Assembly: GCA_036521675.1 (NCBI GenBank)
Contig: DATDHG010000252.1
Coordinates: 1 to 53,106, forward strand
DNA from: Candidatus Dormiibacterota bacterium
Lineage (GTDB): Bacteria; Chloroflexota; Dormibacteria; Aeolococcales; Aeolococcaceae
Direction of reading: 5' to 3'
Length of the DNA stretch: 53,106 nucleotides
Both the position numbers and the translations under genes were made by a program. The notes under the pieces were generated by a model. It had not been told where the DNA came from. It saw only the letters and a program-made list of their open reading frames with translations, and made no database searches. Positions 16,634 through 24,871 of this stretch are shown piece by piece. Numbering within the stretch: position 1 is the first letter of the stretch; every line of letters starts with the position of its first letter.

Positions 16634-17941
16634 TCACTCAAGACCCCTGAGGCGCGATTCGAGAAAGCGGCGCTCAGCGGTGGTGGCGACGAGCTCGAGT
16701 GCACGCCCGTACGCCTCCCGAGCTTCCTCCGTGTGTCCGATTCGGACGAGGAGGTCCGCTCGGGCTGCGTGAAACAGATGGTTGTCCACGAGCTGGCTGT
16801 CACCCAGGTTGTCCATCAGGGCGAGGCCACATGCCGGTCCGTCGGCCATGGCGATGGCCACTGCACGGTTGAGCTCGACCACTGGTGAGGGAGCGACCCG
16901 GACGAGTTCGCCATACAGGGCAGCGATCTCGTGCCAGTCCACGGCCTCGGCCGTCGGGGCTTCGTCGTGCACGGCGGCGATGGCGGCCTGGAGCTGGTAC
17001 GGCCCAGGGCCGCCCGCCGCCGCGCTGTGTTGCAGAGCCTGGTGGACCAAGCGGATCCCGTAGGCGATCTGGTCGCGGTTCCACACCCTGCGATCCTGAT
17101 CGGCGAGCAGGACCAACTCGCCCCTGGCGTCGACGCGGGCATCGCGCCGAGCGTCATGTAGCAACATCAGCGCCAGCAGACCGTGCACCTCAGGCTCGTC
17201 CGGCATCAGCTCGTCCAATACCCGCGCCAGCCGAATCGCGTCGCTGCACAGGTCGCGGCGCACCAGCGTGTCGCCGGCGGTGGCGGCGTAGCCCTCGTTG
17301 AAGATCAGGTAGATGACCGCGAGCACCGCGGGCAGTCGCTCGGGCAGCAGAATGTCCGGCGGGACCCGGTAGGGGATGCCGGCCTCCTTGATCTTCTTCT
17401 TGGCCCGCACCAGCCGTTTCGCCATGGTCGCCTCGGGGACGAGGAAGGCCCGTGCGATCTCCGGTGTCGTGAGGCCCCCGAGTGTCCGCAGGGTCAGAGC
17501 GACCTGGGCATCAGCCTCAATCGCAGGATGGCAGCAGGTGAAGATGAGCCGGAGTTGGTCGTCGGGGACTGCGCTCATCTCCGCCTCGCTCTCCTCGTCG
17601 GTGCGTGCTGACAGCACGTGGGCTGCGTGCTCCTTGTCCCCGCGCTTCGCTTCGCGCCGCAGGTGGTCCAGGGCCTTCCGCCGGGCCGTGGTCATCAGCC
17701 ACCCGCCGGGCCGTTCCGGCACGCCCTCGGTCGGCCACCGTTCCAGCGCTGTCAGCATCGCCTCCTGCAGCGCGTCCTCGGCGAGATCGAAATCGCCGAG
17801 GACGCGAATCAGGGTGGCGAGCACCTGTCCCGACTCGCGTCGGAACAGCGCGTCGAGCTCGCTGGTGGGCTTCGTGCCCCCAAGCCGGCCGGTCAGCTCA
17901 CTCCGCCCCCAGCTCCCAGATGGGACGGACCTCCACCACAC
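16634..17941 (-). CDS. ECF-type RNA polymerase sigma factor with long C-terminal TPR-like extension (ECF42-like)
   Basis: Sigma-2 region ([21 protein letters not shown]...[18 protein letters not shown]). Sigma-4 HTH ([31 protein letters not shown]). About 200 aa of C-terminal extension. Directly downstream of a DGPF/YciI gene. Start is uncertain: GTG 17941 overlaps the upstream gene by 44 nt, and CTG 17896 is an alternative. Confidence 0.85.
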   Translation of the reverse strand: MWWRSVPSGSWGRSELTGRLGGTKPTSELDALFRRESGQVLATLIRVLGDFDLAEDALQEAMLTALERWPTEGVPERPGGWLMTTARRKALDHLRREAKRGDKEHAAHVLSARTDEESEAEMSAVPDDQLRLIFTCCHPAIEADAQVALTLRTLGGLTTPEIARAFLVPEATMAKRLVRAKKKIKEAGIPYRVPPDILLPERLPAVLAVIYLIFNEGYAATAGDTLVRRDLCSDAIRLARVLDELMPDEPEVHGLLALMLLHDARRDARVDARGELVLLADQDRRVWNRDQIAYGIRLVHQALQHSAAAGGPGPYQLQAAIAAVHDEAPTAEAVDWHEIAALYGELVRVAPSPVVELNRAVAIAMADGPACGLALMDNLGDSQLVDNHLFHAARADLLVRIGHTEEAREAYGRALELVATTAERRFLESRLRGLE

Positions 17942-18251
17942 CGGTGCGGGCCGCGGGAATCCTGGCCGCCAGTTCGATGGCTCGGTCGAGATCCGTCACG
18001 TCGACGATGTAGTACCCGCCGAGGTGCTCCTTGGTTTCGGCGAACGGGCCGTCGAGCGCAGAGGTCTTCCCGGCGCGGACGCGCACCGAGGTGGCGCTGT
18101 CGACGCCCCTGAGCCGATCGCCTGCGACCAGCTCCTTCGAGTCCATGATCGCCTGGGTGTAGGCGCCGTACTCGGCCATGACTTTCTGGCCTTCGGCGCC
18201 GTCGGCGGGCCGGGTCGACGGGTCATCGCAGATCAGCAGCATGTACTTCAC
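17898..18251 (-). CDS. YciI-like (DGPF-domain) protein
   Basis: [10 protein letters not shown]...[20 protein letters not shown]...[14 protein letters not shown] lies 6 nt upstream of GTG 18251. Confidence 0.85.
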   Translation of the reverse strand: MKYMLLICDDPSTRPADGAEGQKVMAEYGAYTQAIMDSKELVAGDRLRGVDSATSVRVRAGKTSALDGPFAETKEHLGGYYIVDVTDLDRAIELAARIPAARTGVVEVRPIWELGAE

Positions 18252-18286
18252 CGGTGTCCTCCTTCATGGATGTCCGACACCCTACC

Positions 18287-18313
18287 GACGAACGGCAAGG
18301 CGCCGAAAGGACA
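18287..18313 (-). promoter_or_regulatory. Putative ECF-type promoter of the yciI-sigma operon on the minus strand
   Basis: On the coding strand: TGTCCT (18308-18313), 17-nt spacer ending CCGTT, then CGTC (18287-18290). 36 nt upstream of the start codon. Confidence 0.45.
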
Positions 18314-18342
18314 GCCCACCTCCAGAGGCCGCCCGGTGCGAA

Positions 18343-18369
18343 TGTCGATCCGGGGGGAGCCCGTTCGTC
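18343..18369 (+). promoter_or_regulatory. Putative ECF-type promoter of the yciI-sigma operon on the plus strand
   Basis: TGTCGA (18343-18348), 17-nt spacer ending CCGTT, then CGTC (18366-18369). 55 nt upstream of ATG 18424. Confidence 0.45.
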
Positions 18370-18423
18370 TAGTGGTTGAGAAGCCGGCGCGGCGCCGGCG
18401 GTAACGTCAAGGAGGAACCCCAG

Positions 18424-18780
18424 ATGAAGCAGTACCTGCTCAGCGTTCACATGGTCGAGGGCGACGCTGCGCCGTCCGCGGCGTCGATGGAGAAGGCGTA
18501 TCGGGACGTGGACGCCCTCAATGCCGAGCTCCAGACGGCCGGCGCGTGGGTGTTCGCCGGAGGACTGCACCCCGCGAACACCGCCACCGTGGTTCGGGTC
18601 CAGGATGGCGAGGTGCTCACGACCGACGGGCCCTTCGCCGAGGGCAAGGAGCACATCGGAGGGTTCTGGGTGATCCAGGCCCCTGATCTCGACGCGGCGC
18701 TCGCCTGGGCATCGAAGGCGACACGAGCGTGTGGCGGCCCGGTCGAGGTGCGCCCGTTCCAGGACGAACCCGCGAGCTAG
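18424..18780 (+). CDS. YciI-like (DGPF-domain) protein, second and divergent subfamily
   Basis: MKQYLLSVHM...TDGPFAEGKEHIGGFWVIQA...VEVRPFQD. AAGGAGG lies 7 nt upstream of ATG 18424. Confidence 0.85.
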   Translation: MKQYLLSVHMVEGDAAPSAASMEKAYRDVDALNAELQTAGAWVFAGGLHPANTATVVRVQDGEVLTTDGPFAEGKEHIGGFWVIQAPDLDAALAWASKATRACGGPVEVRPFQDEPAS

Positions 18781-18786
18781 CCTGGG

Positions 18787-20010
18787 GTGCCGGCCTTCGC
18801 CGCGTCGGAGATCGAACGTGTGTTCCGAGAGGAATACGGTCGCGCGGTGGCTGTCCTGGTCCGCGTCTTCGGCGACATCGACATCGCCGAGGAAGCGGTC
18901 CAGGACGCGTTCACCGCGGCGGTGCAACGCTGGCCGTCAACCGGACTGCCCCCGAGCCCGGCCGGTTGGATCATCACCACCGCGCGCAACCGAACGATCG
19001 ACCGCCTCCGCCGCGAGGCGTCTCGCGAGGACCGGCACGCCCAGGCCGCGCTGCTGCACGCCCGCAGCGAACCGTCCGAGGAGGGTGTCGTGCGCGACGA
19101 CCGGCTGCGCCTGATCTTCACCTGCTGCCACCCGGCACTCGGCGCTGGCGTGCAGGTCGCCCTGACGCTCCGGCTCCTGGGCGGGCTCACCACCGCGGAG
19201 ATCGCCCACGCCTTCCTGGTGCCCGAGGCGACCATGGCTCAGCGGCTGGTGCGCGCCAAGGGCAAGATCCGCGACGCGAGGATCCCCTACCGGGTTCCCA
19301 CCGAGGGGGACCTCCCGGGCCGCCTTCGGACCGTGCTGGCCGTCGTCTACCTCATCTTCAACGAGGGCTACACGGCGAGCTCGGGCGACCGGCTGGTCCG
19401 CGAGGACCTCTGCGCTGAGGCCATCCGCTTGGGGCGGCTCCTGGCCGAGCTCATGCCCGACGAACCGGAGGTCATGGGGTTGCTCGCGCTCATGCTTCTC
19501 GTCGAGTCGCGTCGGGTCACCCGCACCACGCCCGACGGCGACCTCGTGCTGCTGGCCGACCAGGACCGAGGTCTCTGGGATCGCGACCTCATCGCCGAAG
19601 GGCAGGCCATCGTCCGGGAATGCCTGGAGCGCAACCAGCCGGGCCCGTACCAGATCCAGGCGGCGATCAACGCCGTCCACAGCGACGCGCCGGCCGCCGC
19701 CGCCACGGACTGGTGGCAGATCTTGCAGCTGTACAACCAGCTCCTCGCGCTCACTCCGAGCCCGGTCGTGTCCCTGCACCGCGCCGTCGCGGTGGCCGAG
19801 GTCGAGGGACCGGATGCGGCGCTCACGATCGTCGACGGTCTCGACCTCGGTGGCTACCACCTGTTCCACGCCATCCGCGCCGACCTGCTCCGACGCCTCG
19901 GCCGCGACGCCGAGGCCGCGCTGGCGTACGACGCGGCGATCACCCGCACGGAGAACGCGGCAGAGCGCGACTTCTTACAACGCAGCCGGCAGTCGCTCGC
20001 CCGAGGTTGA
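18787..20010 (+). CDS. ECF-type RNA polymerase sigma factor with C-terminal TPR-like extension (ECF42-like), paralogue of 16634..17941
   Basis: Same architecture: [70 protein letters not shown], and a long C-terminal extension. GTG start lies 6 nt after the yciI stop. Confidence 0.85.
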   Translation: MPAFAASEIERVFREEYGRAVAVLVRVFGDIDIAEEAVQDAFTAAVQRWPSTGLPPSPAGWIITTARNRTIDRLRREASREDRHAQAALLHARSEPSEEGVVRDDRLRLIFTCCHPALGAGVQVALTLRLLGGLTTAEIAHAFLVPEATMAQRLVRAKGKIRDARIPYRVPTEGDLPGRLRTVLAVVYLIFNEGYTASSGDRLVREDLCAEAIRLGRLLAELMPDEPEVMGLLALMLLVESRRVTRTTPDGDLVLLADQDRGLWDRDLIAEGQAIVRECLERNQPGPYQIQAAINAVHSDAPAAAATDWWQILQLYNQLLALTPSPVVSLHRAVAVAEVEGPDAALTIVDGLDLGGYHLFHAIRADLLRRLGRDAEAALAYDAAITRTENAAERDFLQRSRQSLARG

Positions 20011-20018
20011 TGCGGATG

Positions 20019-20912
20019 TCACGCTCCGTCTCCGGCGAGCCAGTCGACGATGAGGCTGCCGATGCGCTCACCGGAGTCCTCCTGCAGGAAGTGGCCCGCG
20101 TTCTCGATCACCGTCAGCGGGGCCGCTGTGGGCAGCAGCGTCTGCACCTGACGGCCGGCGGGATCGAGGGGAAGCGCCGGGTCGGAGTCGGCCCAGAGCA
20201 AGAGGGACGGCCGCGTGTCGCCGCGCAGCGCGCGCACCGCCTCGCGGCCCTCGGCGGCGCCAGGGTCGTTGGGCGACAGCGGGATGAGCATCGGCAGGCG
20301 GCGCGCCCCCGTCTTGGACTCGGGCGTGGGGAAGGGCGCCTCGTAGGCAGCGATCACCTCGCGCTCCGGCGGCGTCTTGCAGCCGCGCTCGACGAGCATG
20401 CCGATGGGGAGGTCGTGCGTGCGCGCGACGAAGTCGCGGAACACCATCCAACCATCGCTCATCCGCTGCTCGCCCGTGAACAGCCCAGTGTCCATCGCAA
20501 CGATGCGCGAGATGTGCTCCGGCCGCAGCGTTGCGGCGACACGCAGCCCGATGGGCCCGCCCCAGTCGTGCACGACCAGGGTGACGTCACGCAGGTCCAG
20601 GTCGTCGAACAGCGAGGCGAACGCCCGGCAGAGGCGGTCGTACGTGTACCAGGCGGCTTCGTTGGGCTTGTCCGAGCGTCCGAAGCCCGGCAGATCGGGC
20701 GCGACGCAGCGGTGGCCGGCGTCGAGCAGCGGGCGCATCACCTTGCGCCACAGGAACGACCAGGTCGGCTCGCCGTGCAGCAGCACCACTGTGGAACCGG
20801 AGCCCGCGTCGACGTGGGCGAGGCGCAGGCCCTCCCACTCGCGGTAGCGCGGGACGAACGGGAAGTCAGGAAGCGCCGCGAACCGCTCATGGGGGGTGCG
20901 AGTGACGTCCAT
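20019..20912 (-). CDS. Haloalkane dehalogenase-like alpha/beta hydrolase
   Basis: MDVTRTPHERFAALPDFPF..., HGEPTWSFLWRKVM, APDLPGFGRSDKP, and nucleophile motif VVHDWGGPIG. ATG 20912 is the start within ORF 20019..20954. Confidence 0.85.
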   Translation of the reverse strand: MDVTRTPHERFAALPDFPFVPRYREWEGLRLAHVDAGSGSTVVLLHGEPTWSFLWRKVMRPLLDAGHRCVAPDLPGFGRSDKPNEAAWYTYDRLCRAFASLFDDLDLRDVTLVVHDWGGPIGLRVAATLRPEHISRIVAMDTGLFTGEQRMSDGWMVFRDFVARTHDLPIGMLVERGCKTPPEREVIAAYEAPFPTPESKTGARRLPMLIPLSPNDPGAAEGREAVRALRGDTRPSLLLWADSDPALPLDPAGRQVQTLLPTAAPLTVIENAGHFLQEDSGERIGSLIVDWLAGDGA

Positions 20913-21045
20913 CGTCGCGATCCTACGTGTCCGGCGTGTTCCCGCTCCGACCATCCCCAGTGCTTAGCCCTTTCATAAGCGGTCCGATGGTGTCCTTACC
21001 GCAACGCGCTCCTGGTGGGCGCGACTTGTGCGGGAGGGCATGCCC

Positions 21046-22173
21046 ATGCGCTGCAGCCAGCAGCCAGGTGCCGCGGCAGCAGCCACGGCGATTTTCGTCT
21101 CCGGCCTCCTGGCCGGGTGCTCGAGCAACTCCACCTCGTCGTCTTCCGCCGCGACGACCGCAACAGGCGCCGTCCTCGCGGCCGCGGCCCCCGGCAAGTG
21201 GGCGGTCTCCAAGCCGGCAGGCGAGAGCCTGGGACGCGTGATCGCACCGCCGGGATGGGCGATCACTCTGTGGGCGGTCGGCACGAACAACTACTCGGCC
21301 CCCGACTCCATCGAACGCGACGGCGATCACATCTGGGTCGGCTACCAGAACGTGACCGCCAAGGACGGGACCGACAACAAGACGAGCACCATCGTCGAGT
21401 ACACGCTGGACGGCAAGGTCGTGAAGACCTGGCCCGTACCGGGCCACACCGACGGTCTGCGCGTCGATCCCGCAACCCACAAGGCTTGGGTGACGTCGAA
21501 CGAGGACGGCAACCCCGCTCTCAACATCATCGATCCGAGCACCGGACAGGTCACGCCCTACACGCTGGCGAAGACGGTTCACGGCGGGGGCTACGACGAC
21601 CTCGCCTTCCTCAACGGTGTCACCTACATCGCCTGCTCGAATCCGACACTCGACAGCAACGGGAACAACGTGTTTCCCGCCATCGACACGCTCACTCTAA
21701 GCGGCACCAGCGCGACTGTCGCCCCGGTCCTCATGGGCAACGCGACGGCGACGGATGTCGTGGCGAAGAGCAGCACGACGCTCAACCTCACCGATCCCGA
21801 CTCGATGACCATCGACCCGCAGGGCAACCTGGTGCTGGTCTCCCAGGGTGACTCCGCGATCATCACGATTCACAATCCCGGAACGCCCACGCAGACGGTG
21901 TCGAAGACGCCGATCGGCACCCAGGTGGACGACACCGTATGGACCACCTCGAGCTCGGGACGGATCTTCGTCGTCGACGGGACCGCGAACGCGATCTACA
22001 CGCTGAAGTGGAGCGGCGTGTCCGGCACCATCTTCACCGAGGCTCCCAATGACTCCGGTGTCATCGGTTTCGTGGGCGACATCGATCCAGTGACGGGCGC
22101 GATCACCCCGGTCGTCACCGGGCTTGGAAAGCCGACCGGCTTGATGTTCGTCTCCGAGGTGCGAGCGCCGTAG
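21046..22173 (+). CDS. Secreted lipoprotein of unknown function (beta-rich, possibly propeller-like)
   Basis: Signal peptide with lipobox (AIFVSGLLAGCSS), a Ser/Thr/Ala linker, then a Thr/Asn/Val/Asp/Gly-rich body. ATG 21046 has GGGAGGG 7 nt upstream. Confidence 0.6.
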   Translation: MRCSQQPGAAAAATAIFVSGLLAGCSSNSTSSSSAATTATGAVLAAAAPGKWAVSKPAGESLGRVIAPPGWAITLWAVGTNNYSAPDSIERDGDHIWVGYQNVTAKDGTDNKTSTIVEYTLDGKVVKTWPVPGHTDGLRVDPATHKAWVTSNEDGNPALNIIDPSTGQVTPYTLAKTVHGGGYDDLAFLNGVTYIACSNPTLDSNGNNVFPAIDTLTLSGTSATVAPVLMGNATATDVVAKSSTTLNLTDPDSMTIDPQGNLVLVSQGDSAIITIHNPGTPTQTVSKTPIGTQVDDTVWTTSSSGRIFVVDGTANAIYTLKWSGVSGTIFTEAPNDSGVIGFVGDIDPVTGAITPVVTGLGKPTGLMFVSEVRAP

Positions 22174-22286
22174 TACTGTCCAGTTCCGTCCGAACTTGAG
22201 GCAGGGCGCAGACGCGGAGACCATCGAGCCTGCGCGCTTTGCCTTGCCAACCGTCCCCCCCCCGCAACCTCAGAGGCAGCCTGACC

Positions 22287-22952
22287 ATGCCCCGCGCCAC
22301 CCATCGCTCGGCCGCGGCCGAGCTCGCCCGCAGAGACCCGGTGCTGGCCGAGCTGATAGCCGCCACCGGGCCGATCACCATGAGGCCTCCCCAGGATTCG
22401 CACTTCGCCGCGCTGGTCCGGTCAATCAGCTTCCAGCAGCTGGCCGGGGCTGCGGCCGCGGCCATCCACGGCCGCCTGGTGGCGCTTCTGGACGGTGACG
22501 TCAGCCCGGAGCGAGTGCTGGCGCTGCCTGACGGCGCCATGCGGTCGGCCGGGCTGTCCGGGTCCAAGTCGGCGTCGATCACAGATCTGGCCGCCAAGAC
22601 CGTCGACGGCACTGTCGTCCTCGATTCCCGAGGCCTGGCACGCGAGTCCGACGACGAGATCATCCAGCGGCTGTCCACGGTGCGGGGCATCGGTCGCTGG
22701 ACGGCGGAGATGTTCCTGCTCTTCCAGCTGCGCCGCCTCGACGTGTGGCCGACCGGTGACCTCGGCGTGCGCAAGGGCTACGGGCTGACGTACGGCATCG
22801 CCACGCCGACGCCCAAGGAGCTGGCGGACCTCGGGGAGCCGTTCCGACCCTACCGCAGCGTGGTCGCGTGGTACTGCTGGCGCGCCGTCGAGCGGCCCCG
22901 GGGCGCCGCGCCTACGGCGGGAGTTCTCGCTGGTCGCGACCCGATGATCTGA
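22287..22952 (+). CDS. DNA-3-methyladenine glycosylase II-like HhH-GPD base-excision enzyme
   Basis: SISFQQLAGAAAAAIHGRL, HhH element LSTVRGIGRWTAEMFLLF, and VWPTGDLGVRKGY containing the catalytic Asp. Confidence 0.8.
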   Translation: MPRATHRSAAAELARRDPVLAELIAATGPITMRPPQDSHFAALVRSISFQQLAGAAAAAIHGRLVALLDGDVSPERVLALPDGAMRSAGLSGSKSASITDLAAKTVDGTVVLDSRGLARESDDEIIQRLSTVRGIGRWTAEMFLLFQLRRLDVWPTGDLGVRKGYGLTYGIATPTPKELADLGEPFRPYRSVVAWYCWRAVERPRGAAPTAGVLAGRDPMI

Positions 22953-22979
22953 GCGCGGTTGCCGTGCGCCGACCCATCC

Positions 22980-23672
22980 CTAGGGCCGGCTGCCGTTGAC
23001 CTCGTCGGTGATGCGCTGCTGGGTCGCGGCTTTCATCTGATCGCCCTGCGCCTTGCTGAGCTGGCCGCTCGTAACGCGGTCGTCGATCTCCTTGTTCTCG
23101 GAGGCCACCCAGGCGCTGATCAGCGTGTTGACGTCGGCGCCGTGTGCCTGCGCAACCTGGGCGATGGTCTTGCCCCCGGAGAGCTCGGTGGTCAGCTGCG
23201 CGGTGGTGATCCCGATCGCGGTCGCGACGACCTGTTGATCCTCAGCGCTGAGGCCGTGCTGCCCGCCCGGTCCTCCGCCGGGTCCATGGAATTGACCGGA
23301 GTTCTCCGCTGTCTCGCGCTGTGCGGTCTCGCCCTGTTCGTGGGTCGCGTTCTCGTTCGAGCCGCCGGCCTTCGGCGTCGAGGTGCTCGGCGTGGTGGTC
23401 GCGGCCGCACTGGTGGAGCCGCCCGCGCTGGTCGACTCACTGCTGCTGCTGGCGGAGCTGCCGGCATTGGCTGACGGAGTCGCGCCAGGGGTGGCGGCCG
23501 CGTGCGAGACCACCAAACCTCCCAGCGCGCCGCCCACCGCCAGTCCACCAACGGTGGCGACGGCGGCCGTCCGTCGCCGGAGGCGACCGGGCCGGGATGG
23601 GGGGGCGGACGCCGAGGACGGCGCGCCCTCGGGCCGCGCGGCGCTCGCCTTCTCGCTGCTGTCGTCGGTCAT
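22980..23672 (-). CDS. Membrane-anchored/secreted hypothetical protein with Ser/Thr/Ala-rich linker
   Basis: Basic N-terminus, one TM segment (AAVATVGGLAVGGALGGLVV), a low-complexity linker and an ~85-aa helical C-terminal domain. AGGAG lies upstream of ATG 23672. Confidence 0.55.
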   Translation of the reverse strand: MTDDSSEKASAARPEGAPSSASAPPSRPGRLRRRTAAVATVGGLAVGGALGGLVVSHAAATPGATPSANAGSSASSSSESTSAGGSTSAAATTTPSTSTPKAGGSNENATHEQGETAQRETAENSGQFHGPGGGPGGQHGLSAEDQQVVATAIGITTAQLTTELSGGKTIAQVAQAHGADVNTLISAWVASENKEIDDRVTSGQLSKAQGDQMKAATQQRITDEVNGSRP

Positions 23673-23829
23673 CTTGGGGCTCCTGTCGTCGCAGGGCGTA
23701 AGTGGTGCGCTGGCTCTCCACCGGCTCCCAGGATGCGACCGGACCCTCAGAGAGACCCTCGGTTCTCCTCAGATTTCCCTGTGAGTTCTGGGCGCTGGGA
23801 CCCAACGCGTCGGCGCCCGGCCGTCCGGC

Positions 23830-24399
23830 TCAGGCAGCAACCTTGCGGATCGTGTCTCCGACGCGGACGGTGCCGGGCACCACGACCCTGGCGTTCACCC
23901 CGCGCAGGCGCAGCTCCCTGCCGGTCGGGGAATTGACGAACCGCAGCGCGTCCTTCCCGAATCGCTTGAGAAACTTGTCGCAGCCGAGGTGAGGCTGGGC
24001 GGTGATCTCGATGACCGCCGAGCCGAGGGCCAGGCGGGTCCCGGCGGGGAGGTTGCCCACGCTCAGGTCGAGGTCGACGTAGAGCTGATCGCCGGCCAGC
24101 TGCCACCGCTCCGGCTGCACGGCGACCAGCGCGGCGGCTCGAGCGTTCATCACGTTGAGTTGCATGTCGGGATGGGCGGAACCATCCGGCGTCCGCCTGC
24201 TGCCTCGCACCGGCCACGTGTCGCCCACAAGCCCGTCGACAGTGTCGAGCGCCGCCTGCGGGAGGACTTCCCGCTCGTCCACGGCGGGGCGGCGGACGAT
24301 GAGCTCCACGCGACCCTGATCGGCCGGCGAGCGGCGGATGCGGTCGACCCCGGCCTCGAGCTGAGCGGTCGTCAGGTGCTCCACGGGGGCGGCATGCAC
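23830..24399 (-). CDS. MOSC domain-containing protein
   Basis: Typical MOSC C-terminal region: LGSAVIEITAQPHLGCDKFLKRFG...VVVPGTVRVGDTI. Confidence 0.8.
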   Translation of the reverse strand: MHAAPVEHLTTAQLEAGVDRIRRSPADQGRVELIVRRPAVDEREVLPQAALDTVDGLVGDTWPVRGSRRTPDGSAHPDMQLNVMNARAAALVAVQPERWQLAGDQLYVDLDLSVGNLPAGTRLALGSAVIEITAQPHLGCDKFLKRFGKDALRFVNSPTGRELRLRGVNARVVVPGTVRVGDTIRKVAA

Positions 24400-24404
24400 C
24401 TCGG

Positions 24405-24869
24405 TCAGGGCGACACCACAAAAACGGGATGGTCCGGCGCGATGCGGCGCAGCTCCTCATCGGACGAGTCCGGGCCGACGCCGCCGAAGAACCTGCCGGT
24501 CTCCGCCTTCCACTTGCGCAGATAGGCGCGCAGGAGAGGGGGCTTCTCGTCGTTGTCGATCTCGGTGGCCGTGAAGGGCTCGCTGCGGCGGCCGAGTCGC
24601 AGCTCGCCCGCACCGGCGGCGCGCAGGTTGCGCGCCCACTGTGTATCGCCGCGTGGGGCGACCAGGTAGCGCTTGCCGCCGATGACCAGAGGATTGACTG
24701 GCGTTGTCCGCCAGACGCCACTGCTGCGGCCCCGGACCGCCAGCACCCGAGAGCCGCGGAGGCTGATTCCGGCACGCGCGATGCCGGCCACGATCGGGTT
24801 GAACACGTGCGCGACGAACCAGCTCGGCTTGTGGTGGAACCGGCGCACCGGCGACGGGGTGTCACCCAT
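24405..24869 (-). CDS. Deazaflavin (F420)-dependent nitroreductase family protein (DDN/DUF385-like)
   Basis: Begins at ATG 24869 (MGDTPSPVRRFHHKPSWFVAHVFNPIV...). Contains YLVAPRGDTQWARNLRAAG and RAYLRKW, characteristic of the family. The rest of ORF 24405..25142 is a spurious extension. Confidence 0.8.
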   Translation of the reverse strand: MGDTPSPVRRFHHKPSWFVAHVFNPIVAGIARAGISLRGSRVLAVRGRSSGVWRTTPVNPLVIGGKRYLVAPRGDTQWARNLRAAGAGELRLGRRSEPFTATEIDNDEKPPLLRAYLRKWKAETGRFFGGVGPDSSDEELRRIAPDHPVFVVSP

Positions 24870-24871
24870 GG

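Noticed and set aside
20011-20018. Only 8 bp between the convergent stops of the second sigma gene and the haloalkane dehalogenase gene, considered as overlapping-terminator or antisense regulation.
   Set aside because: No hairpin can be formed in or around the gap. Tight convergent packing is common in this window, so there is nothing to test beyond ordinary read-through.
23200-23520. Ser/Thr/Ala/Gly-rich stretch in the secreted protein gene, considered as a tandem DNA repeat or contingency locus.
   Set aside because: This is low-complexity protein sequence without an exact nucleotide repeat unit. It is typical of an actinobacterial linker.
23673-23829. Possible c-di-AMP (ydaO-type) or other riboswitch in the 157-nt leader of the secreted protein gene.
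   Set aside because: The hallmark blocks I remember for ydaO (ACGGGGA..., CCGAAnCCGACAGCUnACCUCG) are absent. Only vague purine-rich similarity remains. It is kept as an unexplained long gap within the FAH/nitroreductase/MOSC operon finding (22980-25825).
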